Positions 1-10,956 of a DNA stretch of 64,000 nucleotides are shown one piece after another (position 1 is the stretch's first letter; each line of letters starts with the position of its first letter). The notes beneath the pieces were generated by a model. The model saw nothing but the letters and a program-made list of their open reading frames with translations, was not told where the DNA came from and did not search any database. The DNA is from the human T2T-CHM13v2.0 reference genome, Homo sapiens, in assembly GCF_009914755.1 (NCBI RefSeq), contig NC_060933.1; one strand, given 5' to 3'. Made by a program: the position numbers and the translations under genes.

Positions 1-500
1 GATTTAGGGATATAGGTTTTCCTCTACAGCTTTTATTGTACCCCACAAGTTTTGATATGCAGTCTTTTCAGTTCTGAGTATATTTCCATTTGTTTTGATT
101 TCTTATTTGACCCATTATTTAGAATGGTGGTTTTCAAAATTTTAAACTCACAAAGGATTTTGGTTATCTTTTTGTTGTTGATCTGTAATTTTATTACATT
201 GAGGTTAGAGACAGTTATTTTGTATGATGTCAATCTTAGAATTCTGTTTATGTTTGTTTTATGACCTAGTACTTGGTCCACTTTTATCATGTTCCTTGTA
301 TGTTTAAATCTGTAGTAGTTGGGTTCAGGGCTTTATTTATGTTAAATAAATCAAGTATACTAATTATATTGCGAGAGTTTTAGATCTTTGCTTTTTTTGG
401 GGGTTGGGGATGTCTGCTTGACCAATCAGTAATTGTAGTGTTACAATCTAATATGGTATATTTTGCCAATTTCTCCATCTGGTAATTCTTTATTTTTATT
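1..500 (-). mobile_element. Old L1 (L1M) ORF2 endonuclease-region fragment
   Basis: ORF 33-290(-) reads KVDQVLGHKT...NVIKLQIN...TTILNN, a degraded match to the L1 ORF2 KIDHIVGSK...SAIKLELR...NNLLLN segment; T-rich plus strand. Confidence 0.75.
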
Positions 501-552
501 TTTAAAACATTTTGTAGAGATGATATCTTGCTTTGTTGCTCAGGCTGGCATG

Positions 553-833
553 GTTTGTTTGTTTGTTTGTTTTGTTTTTTGAGACAGGGTCTTACTTTGT
601 CACCCAGGCTGGAGCACAGTGGTGTGATCGTGGCTCATTGCAGCCTCAAACTCCTGGGCTCAAGCCATCTTCCTGTCTCAGCTTCCTGACTGTAGGCACA
701 CACCATCACACCCAGCTAATTTTTAAATTTTTTTGTAGAGATGGGGTCTTGTTATGTTGTCCAGGCTGGTCCTAAACTCCTGGGCTCAAATGATCCTCCT
801 ACCTGGGCCTCCCAAAGTGCTAGAATTACAGGT
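553..833 (-). mobile_element. AluJ with (GTTT)n tail; short Alu fragment at ~510-548
   Basis: gagacagggtcttactttgtcacccaggctgg...cccaaagtgctagaattacagg; J-type ctcctgggctcaa. Confidence 0.85.
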
Positions 834-930
834 CCTTCTATTAATTCTATCAGGCCAATACAAGTTTGTAATTATAATATCTTCCTGGTGAATTGAAACT
901 TTGTCATTTATGTGGTGATCCATCTAAAAA

Positions 931-932
<2 letters not shown>

Positions 933-966
<34 letters not shown>
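933..966. repeat. (GT)17 microsatellite
   Basis: Direct read. Confidence 0.97.
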
Positions 967-968
<2 letters not shown>

Positions 969-1028
969 AATCTGAAAATCTCTTTTGTCTGTTACTTTTT
1001 AGCTTACTCAGTTTTTTGTTATTGTATC

Positions 1029-1630
1029 TGTATCAGTCAAATTTGGATCAGAGAAACCACTTTTAGTGATATAGCATAAGGGATTTACTTGAGAGATGAG
1101 ACTTTACACAATTGTGGATACTGGTTAAGAACTCTGCAAAGCTGTTGTCTTTGCATCTATTTTTAAGCCTGAAGTCAGTGGCTGGCATCAGGAAGCAGAA
1201 CTGGACATGAAGTGGGGAAGAGCAAGGACAAACTGGAACTCATGAGGAGAACAAAGTCGAATTTGCATCTGTCTCACTGCCTACAACAATGATGATATGG
1301 ATGGCCTTCAGGACAAGCTGGTGCCCTTTGCCATGGAATTGTACATACACCTGGCCCAGGACCCAGAGAGGTTGAAGGAGATCCAGTGGGAGCTAGAGGA
1401 GTTGTAGCCAAATGCTGCTCTATGGCAATAAGGTGAACTACTAAATCAGCAACATTGTGCATAAGGTGCCACAGTGCTTGGTACCCCACGTCAATCTTCA
1501 GAGGGTAAAAATGGCTGTTCTTTCATTTATTCTTTCCAAATATCATGCAGATTTCTCTCATGGCCAATTAGGAAACATTTAGGAAAGGGAATTCTTGCAA
1601 GTATAGTTCCAGCTAGTTGACAGTACAAAA
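1029..1630 (-). mobile_element. Ancient ERVL-class LTR (LTR33/LTR41-like)
   Basis: tgtatcagtc...gagaaaccact...ggattta...ctttacacaattgtgg start and gggaattct...tagttccagct...gttgacagtaca end resemble ERVL LTR consensus in reverse. Confidence 0.45.
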
Positions 1631-1699
1631 CTATGTCTTATGCTCTCTTTAGAACAATGGGAGAATCTAGGAACACCTAACTCTGTCCTGTTCCAACTT

Positions 1700-2475
1700 A
1701 AATGATAGTTTTGTAATATTTTAGTTCTTCCTTTAAATATTACAGATTAAAAGCCATTATAATTATTTTCTATAGATAACGTTTGCTTAAATTTACCTCA
1801 TGTTTATCAGTTCCTTACCATTCCTTCTTGCATCTCAGACTTTCCTTCTGTGATCATTTTCCTTCTCCCCAGAGTATATCCTTTAGAAGTTCCTTTATTG
1901 TATATAGACCTGAGGGTAATAAACATTTTCATTGTTTTCCTGTAAATGTCTTATCTTTCCTTGGTTTTTGAAAGGATGACACTTCGAGAATTTTTTTTCT
2001 TTGTCTGTTTTTAAGGTCATCTCTTAAGCTGGTGAACTGCAGTTTCATTGTGAGGTGCCTAACTGTGGAATTTCTTCTATTTTTTTTCTCTATTTGTGGA
2101 TTCATTTATTTTGTTAGTTCTGGAAAATTCTGAGCCTTTTTCTTTTTAAATAATAACTGTTCTTTATGCTCTTTCCTTCTGAGATTCCCATTAGATGTTT
2201 GTGGGATCTTCTCATTCTGTCTTTCATATCATTTAATGTTTCTTTCATATTTTCATCTCTTTGTCTCTCTGTGCTGCGTTCTGGGAAAATTTTTTCAGTC
2301 TATTTTTCATTTCACTGGACTTTTCAGCTGTGTTGACTCTACTCTTTAATCCATCTGCTGAATTTTTGGTTTAGCAAATACATTTTTCATTTCTAAAAAT
2401 TCTATTCAGTTCCTTTTTACATTTGCCTACTCATTTTTTAATAATCTCTTATTGCTTGCTTATTTTAATGATTTC
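1700..2475 (-). mobile_element. Old L1M fragment (continues ~2960-3400)
   Basis: T-rich degraded L1 ORF1/inter-ORF-like sequence (gttagttctggaaaattctgagcc, ttcagctgtgttgactctactctttaatccatc). Confidence 0.55.
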
Positions 2476-2477
2476 GT

Positions 2478-2945
<468 letters not shown>

Positions 2946-3456
2946 AATTATTCTATATTATTTAACTGTTAATTCTAATATCTGAAATTCTTGGGAGTTT
3001 AAGTTTATTGTTTGTTGTGTCTGCAGATTCTGTAATATGGTGGTTTGTTTTCTTTTATCTCTTATTGTGAGCTCATGTTTAATTGGCCGTTCTTCAAAGG
3101 ATACCTGGAAACCTACACTGAGGATGTTTACCGCCATTGAAGATAAATATGTGTGTGTGGGGTGTGTGTTGGGGGGCAGAGACATGGAACTTTCTGGTTA
3201 AGTTTGGAATGTACAGATTTAATTCCTCTATCTTTCAGCTAGTTTAAGGCTTAAATGCCTGTTTATAGTGCTAATAATGGCATTTGTCCTCAGGACAATC
3301 CTGTCTTCTTAACTATACTTACCACTCATCTCCATGAGACTCCAACACAAAATAAAAATTAATTTTTATTCAGAACTTAAGTTGTTTTGAAGCAACAGGG
3401 CCCTTCAGAGTTTCTAGACCACCATACTGCCAAAAGCAGCAGCTTTTCCTTCATTC

Positions 3457-3754
3457 TTTTTTTTTTTTTTTAAGAGACAGGGCCTCGCTCTGTCATCCAG
3501 GCTGGAGTAAAGTGGTGTGATCAAGGCTCACTGCAGCCTCAACCTCCTGGGCTCAAGTGATTCTATCTCAGCCTCCCGAGTAGCTGGGACTATGGGCACA
3601 TGCCACTGCACCTGGCTAATCTTTGTATTTTTGGTAGAGACAGGATTTCACCATGATGCCCAGGCTGGTCTTGAACTCGTAGGCTCAAGCAATCTTCCTG
3701 TCTGCTTCAACCTCCCAAAGTGCTTGGATTACTGGCCTGAGACACCATGCCTGG
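3457..3754 (-). mobile_element. AluJ with TSD ttttccttcattct
   Basis: Full dimer; TSD on both sides. Confidence 0.88.
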
Positions 3755-3779
3755 CTTTTCCTTCATTCTTAATACCACT

Positions 3780-4345
3780 GCTATCTGACTTTCACTCCTC
3801 GCCATTCATTGAAGCTGTCTGGCTAAGTTACCAAGAGTTACTACATCCGAGAGATTTCTCTGTCACTAACACTTGACACTGATCTTTGTCTAATAATGCT
3901 GTCTTTATTGGTTTATCTTTGATTTTCCTCCTAGTTCTCTGGCAATAATTCTCTGTCTTCTTTTATGGCTTTTTTTCCTTTACCTACCCTTAAATATTTA
4001 TATTCTCCAAAGTTATGTCCTTGGCCATTTTCTCTCTCTTCTTTGGCAATTTCATCTCTTCCTATGACTTCACCCACCATTTATATGATGATGACTTCAA
4101 GATCTCTATCTATAACCCAGACCTCTTTCCTTTGCTTCAGATAAGTATATCTAACTACTTGCCAAACATCTTTTCCTGGATATCCTCAAATATTTTTGTT
4201 CTCAAATGAACTCCAAATCTCTAATCTGTTATTCCAAACCTCAGTTGATAGCATTAGCATTCCTCCAGCTGCCACAGCCAAAAACTCAAGGGTCACCCTA
4301 ATCTCTCCCCTTACCATCCATATGGTGACCAAAATCTGTTCATCT
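3780..4345 (+). mobile_element. L2 fragment (RT region); more L2 at ~4850-5400 and ~5550-5885
   Basis: ORF 4015-4209 HHLYDDDFKISIYNPDL...ISNYLPNIFSW matches L2 RT YHLYADDSQIYISSPDL...ISNCLLDISTW. Confidence 0.8.
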
Positions 4346-4379
4346 ACTTTTTAAAATTCCCTTCTATTGAGTATGGAGT

Positions 4380-4810
4380 CAGGCACTCTCATATTTTGCT
4401 TGTGGAAATGTAAATTGTTACAACCCTTACTTATTATGGCAATTTGAGGTATATAGCAAAAGTTTTAAAAATGTGTATATCTTTTCTCCTAACAATTTCA
4501 TGTCTAGTAATTTATCCTAAGGGAATAATTGGAAATGTGTACAAAGATACATGTATAAGAATGATTATACTAGCAAAATTTTATAAAGTACCTAAATTTT
4601 CAATAAGATTCCTTAAATACACCATTTTGTAATAAATTTTATTTATTTTTATAATAAACAATATTTGCTTCCTGAAAGGGCATACGATAATATATTAACA
4701 ATGGTAATTTTAGGTAGTAGGATTTTAGACCTTTTTTCTTTGTGCTTCTCTGAGTTATCTGCATTTTCTACATTCAGCGTATATTTATTTTGGAGTTAGA
4801 CAAAATAAAT
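4380..4810 (+). mobile_element. L1ME-type 3' fragment
   Basis: cactctcata...gtggaaatgtaaattg...ggcaat...aatttatcctaagggaataat typical of the L1M ORF2 end/3'UTR. Confidence 0.65.
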
Positions 4811-5988
4811 TATTTTAAAAATTCTCTCCTATTCAACAAATTCCTTTTTTCATTGTGACAATCTCCTTATCTCCCACCTACATCCTCCTTCCTCATCTGT
4901 TCACCCCTCGCTGGCCTTCCTGCCCTCAACCCCAGCCCCTGCAATTCCCTGACACTGTGGCCAGAGTGGCCTAACTCACAATTGAACCATGACTCTCCCT
5001 CCCAGGTTCAAAAACCTGGAGCCTTATGTCCACGCTCCACAACATAGCCAGAGAGGCCCTTCTTGGTCTGCAGACTCCTCTCTCACCCAAGGACTAAACT
5101 CTCCTGCTCTAACAGTTTCAGTTTCTGGTAGGTCCCTGCCCACAGGCTGCCTTTTCTCCTGACTGTCTTCTGCTGGAAGCCTCCTCCTCCTGGATCCCTC
5201 AGTAGGTCTGCCCTTCAGGTTGGGCAGCGCTCTCCCCTTTCTGGCTCTCCACCTCTGCTGGTGCATGTTCCACATCGGGCAACTCTACTTTGTTCACTTG
5301 TTTGCTGTGAGCTCCTCAAAGGCAAGGGCTGGCCCTTCCCTTTTGTATCCTGGGTTGCCTACAGATGAAGATACTCAGCAAAGTTGGATGGTACACACAG
5401 ATAAATTCTCTTAGGCAGAGTCACAGTTAGACTCACAGATTTCCTCCCACCTGGCCACCAATCTTCAAGCACAGACACAAGTAAACTGTGATACATATAG
5501 ATAAAGGCATGCATATAGGACAGTTTCCGGCCTATTCCACAGGCAGCCTCAGGGCCTTTGCACTTTGTGATCACTTGTCTGGAACTTTCAGCTCTTCTAT
5601 TCTTTCAGGTCTTCATGTGGCTAGTTCTATCTCATCTTTCCAGTCTCAGTTTATTGTCACCTTGAGAGAGGGTTTTCCATGACCTAAGTAGCCCTCCCTT
5701 TCCATTTCCACTTCCACTACTCTGTTTATTTCCTTTACAGTATTTTTGAAGAATTTATAAAACTCATGTTTATTTCTTATTATCTGCCTGTTCCTACCTC
5801 CTACCCTAATGTAATTCCATGAAGGCAGGATTTTGTGCTGTTTTACATACCATTGTAAATTCTGTGCCTAGGTAAATGAATAAAACACACACATACACAA
5901 AGCTACAAATCATTACAAACATACATTGCCAGGCATCCAGACTGGCCATACACTCTGGCCTGCCCCTCCCCACCAATCTCCCACTTAC

Positions 5989-6123
5989 CGGAGTCAGAAA
6001 CTTGTTGGCTTCCCAGGCACACAGGGGTGGGTCCTTGTAGACCTCCTTGATGGAGGTGGGAGCCCTGTAGGAGTCACTGTAGGTACTGATAGGGGTCCTG
6101 GTCTTACGGGAGAACAGGAACAT
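5989..6123 (-). CDS. C9orf24: C9orf24 (SPMIP6/SMRP1/CBE1) first coding exon, 45 codons MFLFSRKTRT...EANKFLTP; remaining exons lie left of the window
   Basis: Recognised SMRP1 N-terminus; ATG in CCACACCATG context; donor CCG|GTAAGT at 5988-5983; 135 nt, phase 0. Confidence 0.93.
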
Positions 6124-6670
6124 GGTGTGGTCTTGGAGATGCCGTGGTGGGCTCTACCTGTCAAGGGCTCCTGCTGGACATCAGTGACCACCCTTCCCCT
6201 AGACAGGCCACACCTCCAGCCTGGCAGGTGCCCTTAGCTGCTATAATCCCCTCCTGCAGAGGATCTCTCAGCTTCCTTCCCCAACAGCCTTCCTGCTCCC
6301 ACCCCACACTGATGCCCCCTCCAGGATGGGCACTGCCCATTGTGATATCACCTGGCTGAGCCCCATCCCTGGGAAGGTGAGGAGGTCTAATTCCCTCCCT
6401 GCTCCTGACCCCCTCCTGCCTCAAGCCTATCAAAAGAGCCCAATTTCTAAGAGTTCAGAGGGCCTCTGGAGATCTTCTAGGTCAGGTTTCTCACTGTTGA
6501 AGAGAAACAGAGGTTCGGAGGGGTTGTGACTCACCCAGGGTCATGCAGCAGGTCAGTGGCATGCCTGGGAACCCACAGGTGGAGGTGGAGTAACATGTGT
6601 GCCCAGAGGACCAGTTCTGTCTGCTTCCCAGCCCATCTGCCCCTTGCCCACACCCCAGGGAGGGAGCTGA
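6124..6670 (-). promoter_or_regulatory. C9orf24 5'UTR and compact proximal promoter
   Basis: Only space between the C9orf24 ATG and the FAM219A poly(A) site; AP-1 TGACTCA at 6527-6533 and X-box-like GTTCCC-A-GGCATG at 6572-6560. TSS not determinable from sequence. Confidence 0.55.
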
Positions 6671-6671
6671 G

Positions 6672-9453
6672 GCTGGCTTGTTTGATGCTTTTAATATCAT
6701 TATTTGTGTTACACGATACACAACCAAGGATGATGGTCAATACTGCAATGAAAATGTTAAAAAAAATATTATACACGGCTCATGTCTTCCACACACCTTC
6801 CTGGAAATAAATTAGTGAGCACGGAGAAACCTGGCTGGGTGGCAGCCACAGCTGAGAGAGGAGGGAGTGTTAAGGCAGTATCTACAAGGGGAAGGGTGGC
6901 AGGAGGGCAAGCTAAGGCCTAGATTCTTCCCTCCAACCTCCCAGACAGGGAAGGAGGGAGCCACACCCCTCCCTAGACACAGAAGCTGCCACTGCCAGCT
7001 TCCTGCCTCTCTCTGCCACACATGCACTGCCTCAGTTGGAAGCCCTTGCCTGCCAGGGAACTAGTATGTCCTGTGGGGGGGGAGATTTTCCCTGGTGTCT
7101 CAGGGCCACAGAGATTGAACAATGGGCCCGAGTCACACTGCAAGTCAGCAGCAAAGGCAGCAGTCTAAATGAGCCCCCAAAAAGAGGAGGTACCCATGTT
7201 CTAGAAAGGTGAGCCAAGGAGCCCCGGGGTGGTGGTGGTGGTAGTGGGAGGGCTGGCTCTGGGGTCCAGATGATGGGGGCACAGGGGTTGGGGGGATGTT
7301 GATCTGGGTGGGAGAGGTGGGTTCAGATGGGGGCCAGTATGGGCCTTGTGGGTCCTGCAGGTACCTTCTCTGTCCTTGCCTCCCTTTGTTTGGCATTTTC
7401 TCATCATCTAACTTGGGTCCCTGCACTAGAGGAGGTAGGAATGGGTTGGCGGAGTGGGGGGTGGTGAGCTGTACCCCAATATTTTGGAGCTGGAAGTTCC
7501 TGGGTATGATGCAGGGAGAGGTACCACCCTTCCTAAGCCAACAGTCTCACTCCCTCCTCTCATTGCTCCCCATTCCAGCTCCCACCTCCCAGGATTGGTG
7601 TCCAGAGAGTGGGCTGTGGGTGAGTCTACTGCATGCCTGCAGCATGTGAGTGGATCCATGGGAGTGGATCCACCAGCACATGTGGGGTGTTAGCATGAGA
7701 TGATCCACCTGGGCCTGTGCTATAAGGTATGTGGGCACAGGCCTGTGCAGTCTTAGGCTATCTGTGCTTTCATTTTTCTTCACACGGTGGCAGGTCTACA
7801 CTGCCCAGCCCCAGGGGTGGGCCTTCCTCACCTCTTCCCTCTTGATTTTCAGTCTCAGCTTTCCAGTCCCCTCCCCCAAACCAGCAATAGCAGAAGCAGC
7901 TGTATACACATCTTGATCTACAGACACCCTATACAGCCACACACAATAGACAACCCTCCAACACACACACACATTCACAGACAAACACGTAATCCCAAAC
8001 AGAGCCACATGTGCTCAGACATACACAGTCCTGATAGGAACTGCCCCTTCGCCTTTCTACAGAGACACACAACTCCGCCCCACCCCAACCTTTAGGTATA
8101 CTGAGACACACAGAGATTGCCCCCTCCCCACCACAGAAATTTCTATGAAGAAACTCTTTCAGGTATAAAAGGATCTTCAACATAATTTCAGCTGCTGTTC
8201 ATTTTCTAGTTGAGGAAACTGAAGACGAGAGAAAGCAAGTGGCTTGTTGAAGATCACAGGGAGGGGCCAGAGCTACAACCAGAACCCAGGCTTCTGACTC
8301 CCGGTCCAAGGCTGTCAGCCCATTGCACTGCTGAGCCGCCTTCTGCACTGTAAACAGACCACACAGGCACTTCCCTACCAGGGACACCCACATCTATGAC
8401 AGGAATAGACTGAGGAGAGACAGGTCCAACAGAGACACACACCCACCCACCCCCTGACAGCCTCAGAGATACACACACATTCTGCTAAGCACTCCCTACC
8501 ACATCCAAACAACCACATCCATAGAGCCACTCAGCCCACTGGATTCACCAAAGCTTGCTCCTGGATTCTTACTGGGAAGCAGCCTCCCACGTCTTGGGCT
8601 GGGGTGAGGGGAATGGGCCATTGGAGTCCAGCCTTACTCCCTGCTTCCAGGCTGGGATTGAGACCAATGAGCAGAAGCGTGGGTGAGGGTGGGGGCAGGG
8701 TGGGGTGGGCTGGTGGCAGACAGATAGATGCATTGGTGAGGGGCCAATTAGGACAGATCACACCACCCAAACCTCAGCCTGTCTGTAAGGCCCACCTTAC
8801 CCTGCCCCACTCCCAGAGTGCAAGGAAGCGGGTGAATGGGGCAAGAGGAGGAAGAAGGCAGTGATCCGATGGGTGAGGGGCACTACCCGGTTGGGCAGCT
8901 TTGCCAGGCTTCCCATCTGAGGAGGGGGAAATGCAAATAGAAACATGGGCCGGTAGGGGGCGTGTGAAGGGGGCTCCGAGGTGCTGGGACCCGTCCCCAC
9001 TGCCCTGGGCCTTTCTCCCTCCGAGCCCCTTTCCTGGTTAGGCTGAGGCCGGGGCTTGGGAGTTCATGGCTTTGCTGGGGTGGGGCCAAGCCCCTGGCTT
9101 TGTGATCCCCCCACTCGTTAATGTTGACCTCCCTGCCGTCCAGTCTTCTCTCTTGGCCAGCCCTGGGAAGCGGGGCAGGGTGCTGGGTGAGGTTCCCCCA
9201 GGTAACTGAACAAACGGCCCCCACCCCTCCTCAGCTCCCGGGTGGAGAGAGACCCAGTTTTGGTTTCTCCAGCTCCATGAACACACAGAGGTACACGTCC
9301 TACCATAGGAGGAAGCAATGACTGTTATACGAGGTTGGCGGCTGTAGGGGCGCGGGGCCGGGGGCAGGCAGACGAGCTGGGAAGGGGTCGGCCTCTGCCC
9401 GTCCTACCCGGCCCTTGGCGGCCCCGCCCCGGCGACCGCAGTGGCCCCGCCCG
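6672..9453 (-). other. FAM219A: FAM219A 3'UTR (~2.8 kb)
   Basis: From the stop codon to the ATTAAA region; no interspersed repeats recognised; 3' end approximate. Confidence 0.8.
6690..6695 (-). terminator. FAM219A polyadenylation signal ATTAAA
   Basis: tttaat on plus at the end of an AU-rich block (6690-6815) terminating the repeat-free 3'UTR. Confidence 0.75.
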
Positions 9454-9800
9454 CTACTGAATGTGGCAGGCGGTGGAGGACGTGGCCTGGCAGCACATGC
9501 ACGTGGGGTTCACGGACTTGGGGGGGATGAGGTCTAGGTCCTCGTCGTCGGGGATCTCATCTAACCGGTAGCCGTCCTTCAGCAGCTGGATGTTCAAATC
9601 TTGGTTGATCTGCTGTAGGCAAAGGGGAGGGAGGTCAGGCCCGAGCGGCAGGGAGGCACCACCCACAGCTCTGCGGCCACTCCAGGCCGTCTGCGCCCCA
9701 GTCCAGCCAGTGCCCTGGATATCAGCCCCGCCCTGTCCCGGGTCTGTCTGTACCCCCAGGCCCCGCTCCTGCCTAGGCGCCCTCCTTCGCCTCTGGCCTC
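9330..9800. promoter_or_regulatory. CpG-rich island over the FAM219A last exon with GC boxes
   Basis: High CG density; ggccccgccc Sp/KLF boxes at ~9420-9430 and ~9443-9452. Confidence 0.65.
9454..9612 (-). CDS. FAM219A: FAM219A exon 6 coding part (QINQDLNIQ...TACHIQ*)
   Basis: Acceptor CCTACAG|CAG (NAGNAG); 159 nt including TAG at 9456-9454; recognised protein C-terminus. Confidence 0.97.
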   Translation of the reverse strand, partial: QINQDLNIQLLKDGYRLDEIPDDEDLDLIPPKSVNPTCMCCQATSSTACHIQ

Positions 9801-10155
9801 TCTTTCTAGTCACCCCTCCCCATTCTATGGTCAACTTCACACCTCTGGTCCTGCTCCTATTCGGGTTTTGCCCCTATCTCAGGCCGGCTACTAGAGGATA
9901 TCACCTGTATTTTACACCCATTCTATTTAAATGGCCTGCTGCAATCTAAAGCCCCACTCCTAACCCTGGGCTCCATGCACTTGAGGCCAGTAACCACTTC
10001 TCTTCCATCCTATCCCAGGCCCACCCTGTGCAGGGCACCACCCAGCCTTGCCCAGCCCTCTTTTTCCTTGTACTTGGGCATTGGCCCCAGCCCTCCCCCG
10101 GGATGGCAGTGATCCTGCCCGGTGGTGTCTAGGGTGAGAAGGGGTAGGGGCTCAC

Positions 10156-10210
10156 CTCAGCAGAGGAGTAGCCGGAGGAGGAGTATCTAGACATGTCAAA
10201 GTCATCATCG
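10156..10210 (-). CDS. FAM219A: FAM219A exon 5 (55 nt; SDDDFDMSRYSSSGYSSAE)
   Basis: Acceptor CCAG|C, donor GAG|GTGAG; phases 2/0 fit neighbours; not in ORF track. Confidence 0.96.
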
Positions 10211-10875
10211 CTGGCCATGGAGGAAAGAGAGGGAAAGTGATACCAAGAAATTACATAGAAAACTCTCTGCAATCCCACCTCCCATTAGGCAGCATCCTAT
10301 ACCTCCCTTACAGTTCCAAATAGCAAAATCTCAATACGAACTGTGCTTGCTGTGCAAATGCAGGATTTTAAAGACAAGTTCCCTAGCCCCACCCTTAAAA
10401 TCAATTGCTATCCTTAACCTCCTTCTAAATATAGCAGTTACTCCTTTCACCCCCTTCTCATCTTTTTTTTTTTTTTGTAGACTCAAATCACCCTGACTTG
10501 TAGGATATTCCCAAAGTCCAAGTCTAGCCAGGTGTTTTCCAGGGAGTAGGGCTCCTTCCTGAGGGGATGGGGCATTAAGCATCATATTCTGCTGTCCAGA
10601 GACAACATCACAGGCCAATTAGGGACAACCATTGGATCAGTTGTCCCAGGATGACAGCAGACAGCGCAGGCCCCCCTTTCCTCTCTCTGCCACCTCTCTT
10701 CAACCCCCAGTCCCTGGTGTAAAAAAATTCCCATCCCTGGAGAATTCACCCTTGGAGAGATTCTGGCTGAAGAATATCCCAATTCTGACAATATAGCAGG
10801 TGTGGCCTGTACAGCCCACTTGTGCTATACAGGTTCCTTTGGGCTGCCCAGCTACCCCCAAGCCCCCATACACAC

Positions 10876-10956
10876 CTGTCCGTGTCAAGGGCTACCAGTG
10901 GCTTCTCATCAGGGCTCTGGTCAAGTGAGGAGTAGCCTTTATTGGGGACGACCAGC
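10876..10956 (-). CDS. FAM219A: FAM219A exon 4 (81 nt; RLVVPNKGYSSLDQSPDEKPLVALDTD)
   Basis: Acceptor CTAG|G, donor AG|GTGTGT; phase 2/2. Confidence 0.96.

Noticed and set aside
5806-5988. C-terminal 60 aa of ORF 5806-6123
   Set aside because: Lies past a consensus GTAAGT donor; intron/L2 sequence.
9613-9840. 128-aa ORF 9454-9840 as a stand-alone gene
   Set aside because: Only 9454-9612 is exon 6; the rest is intron 5, open by chance in GC-rich DNA.
10746-10875. Open frame continuing exon 4 into intron 4 (RCVWG...SLQG*)
   Set aside because: Possible intron-retention product given the weak GTGTGT donor, but I saw no poly(A) signal or other support.
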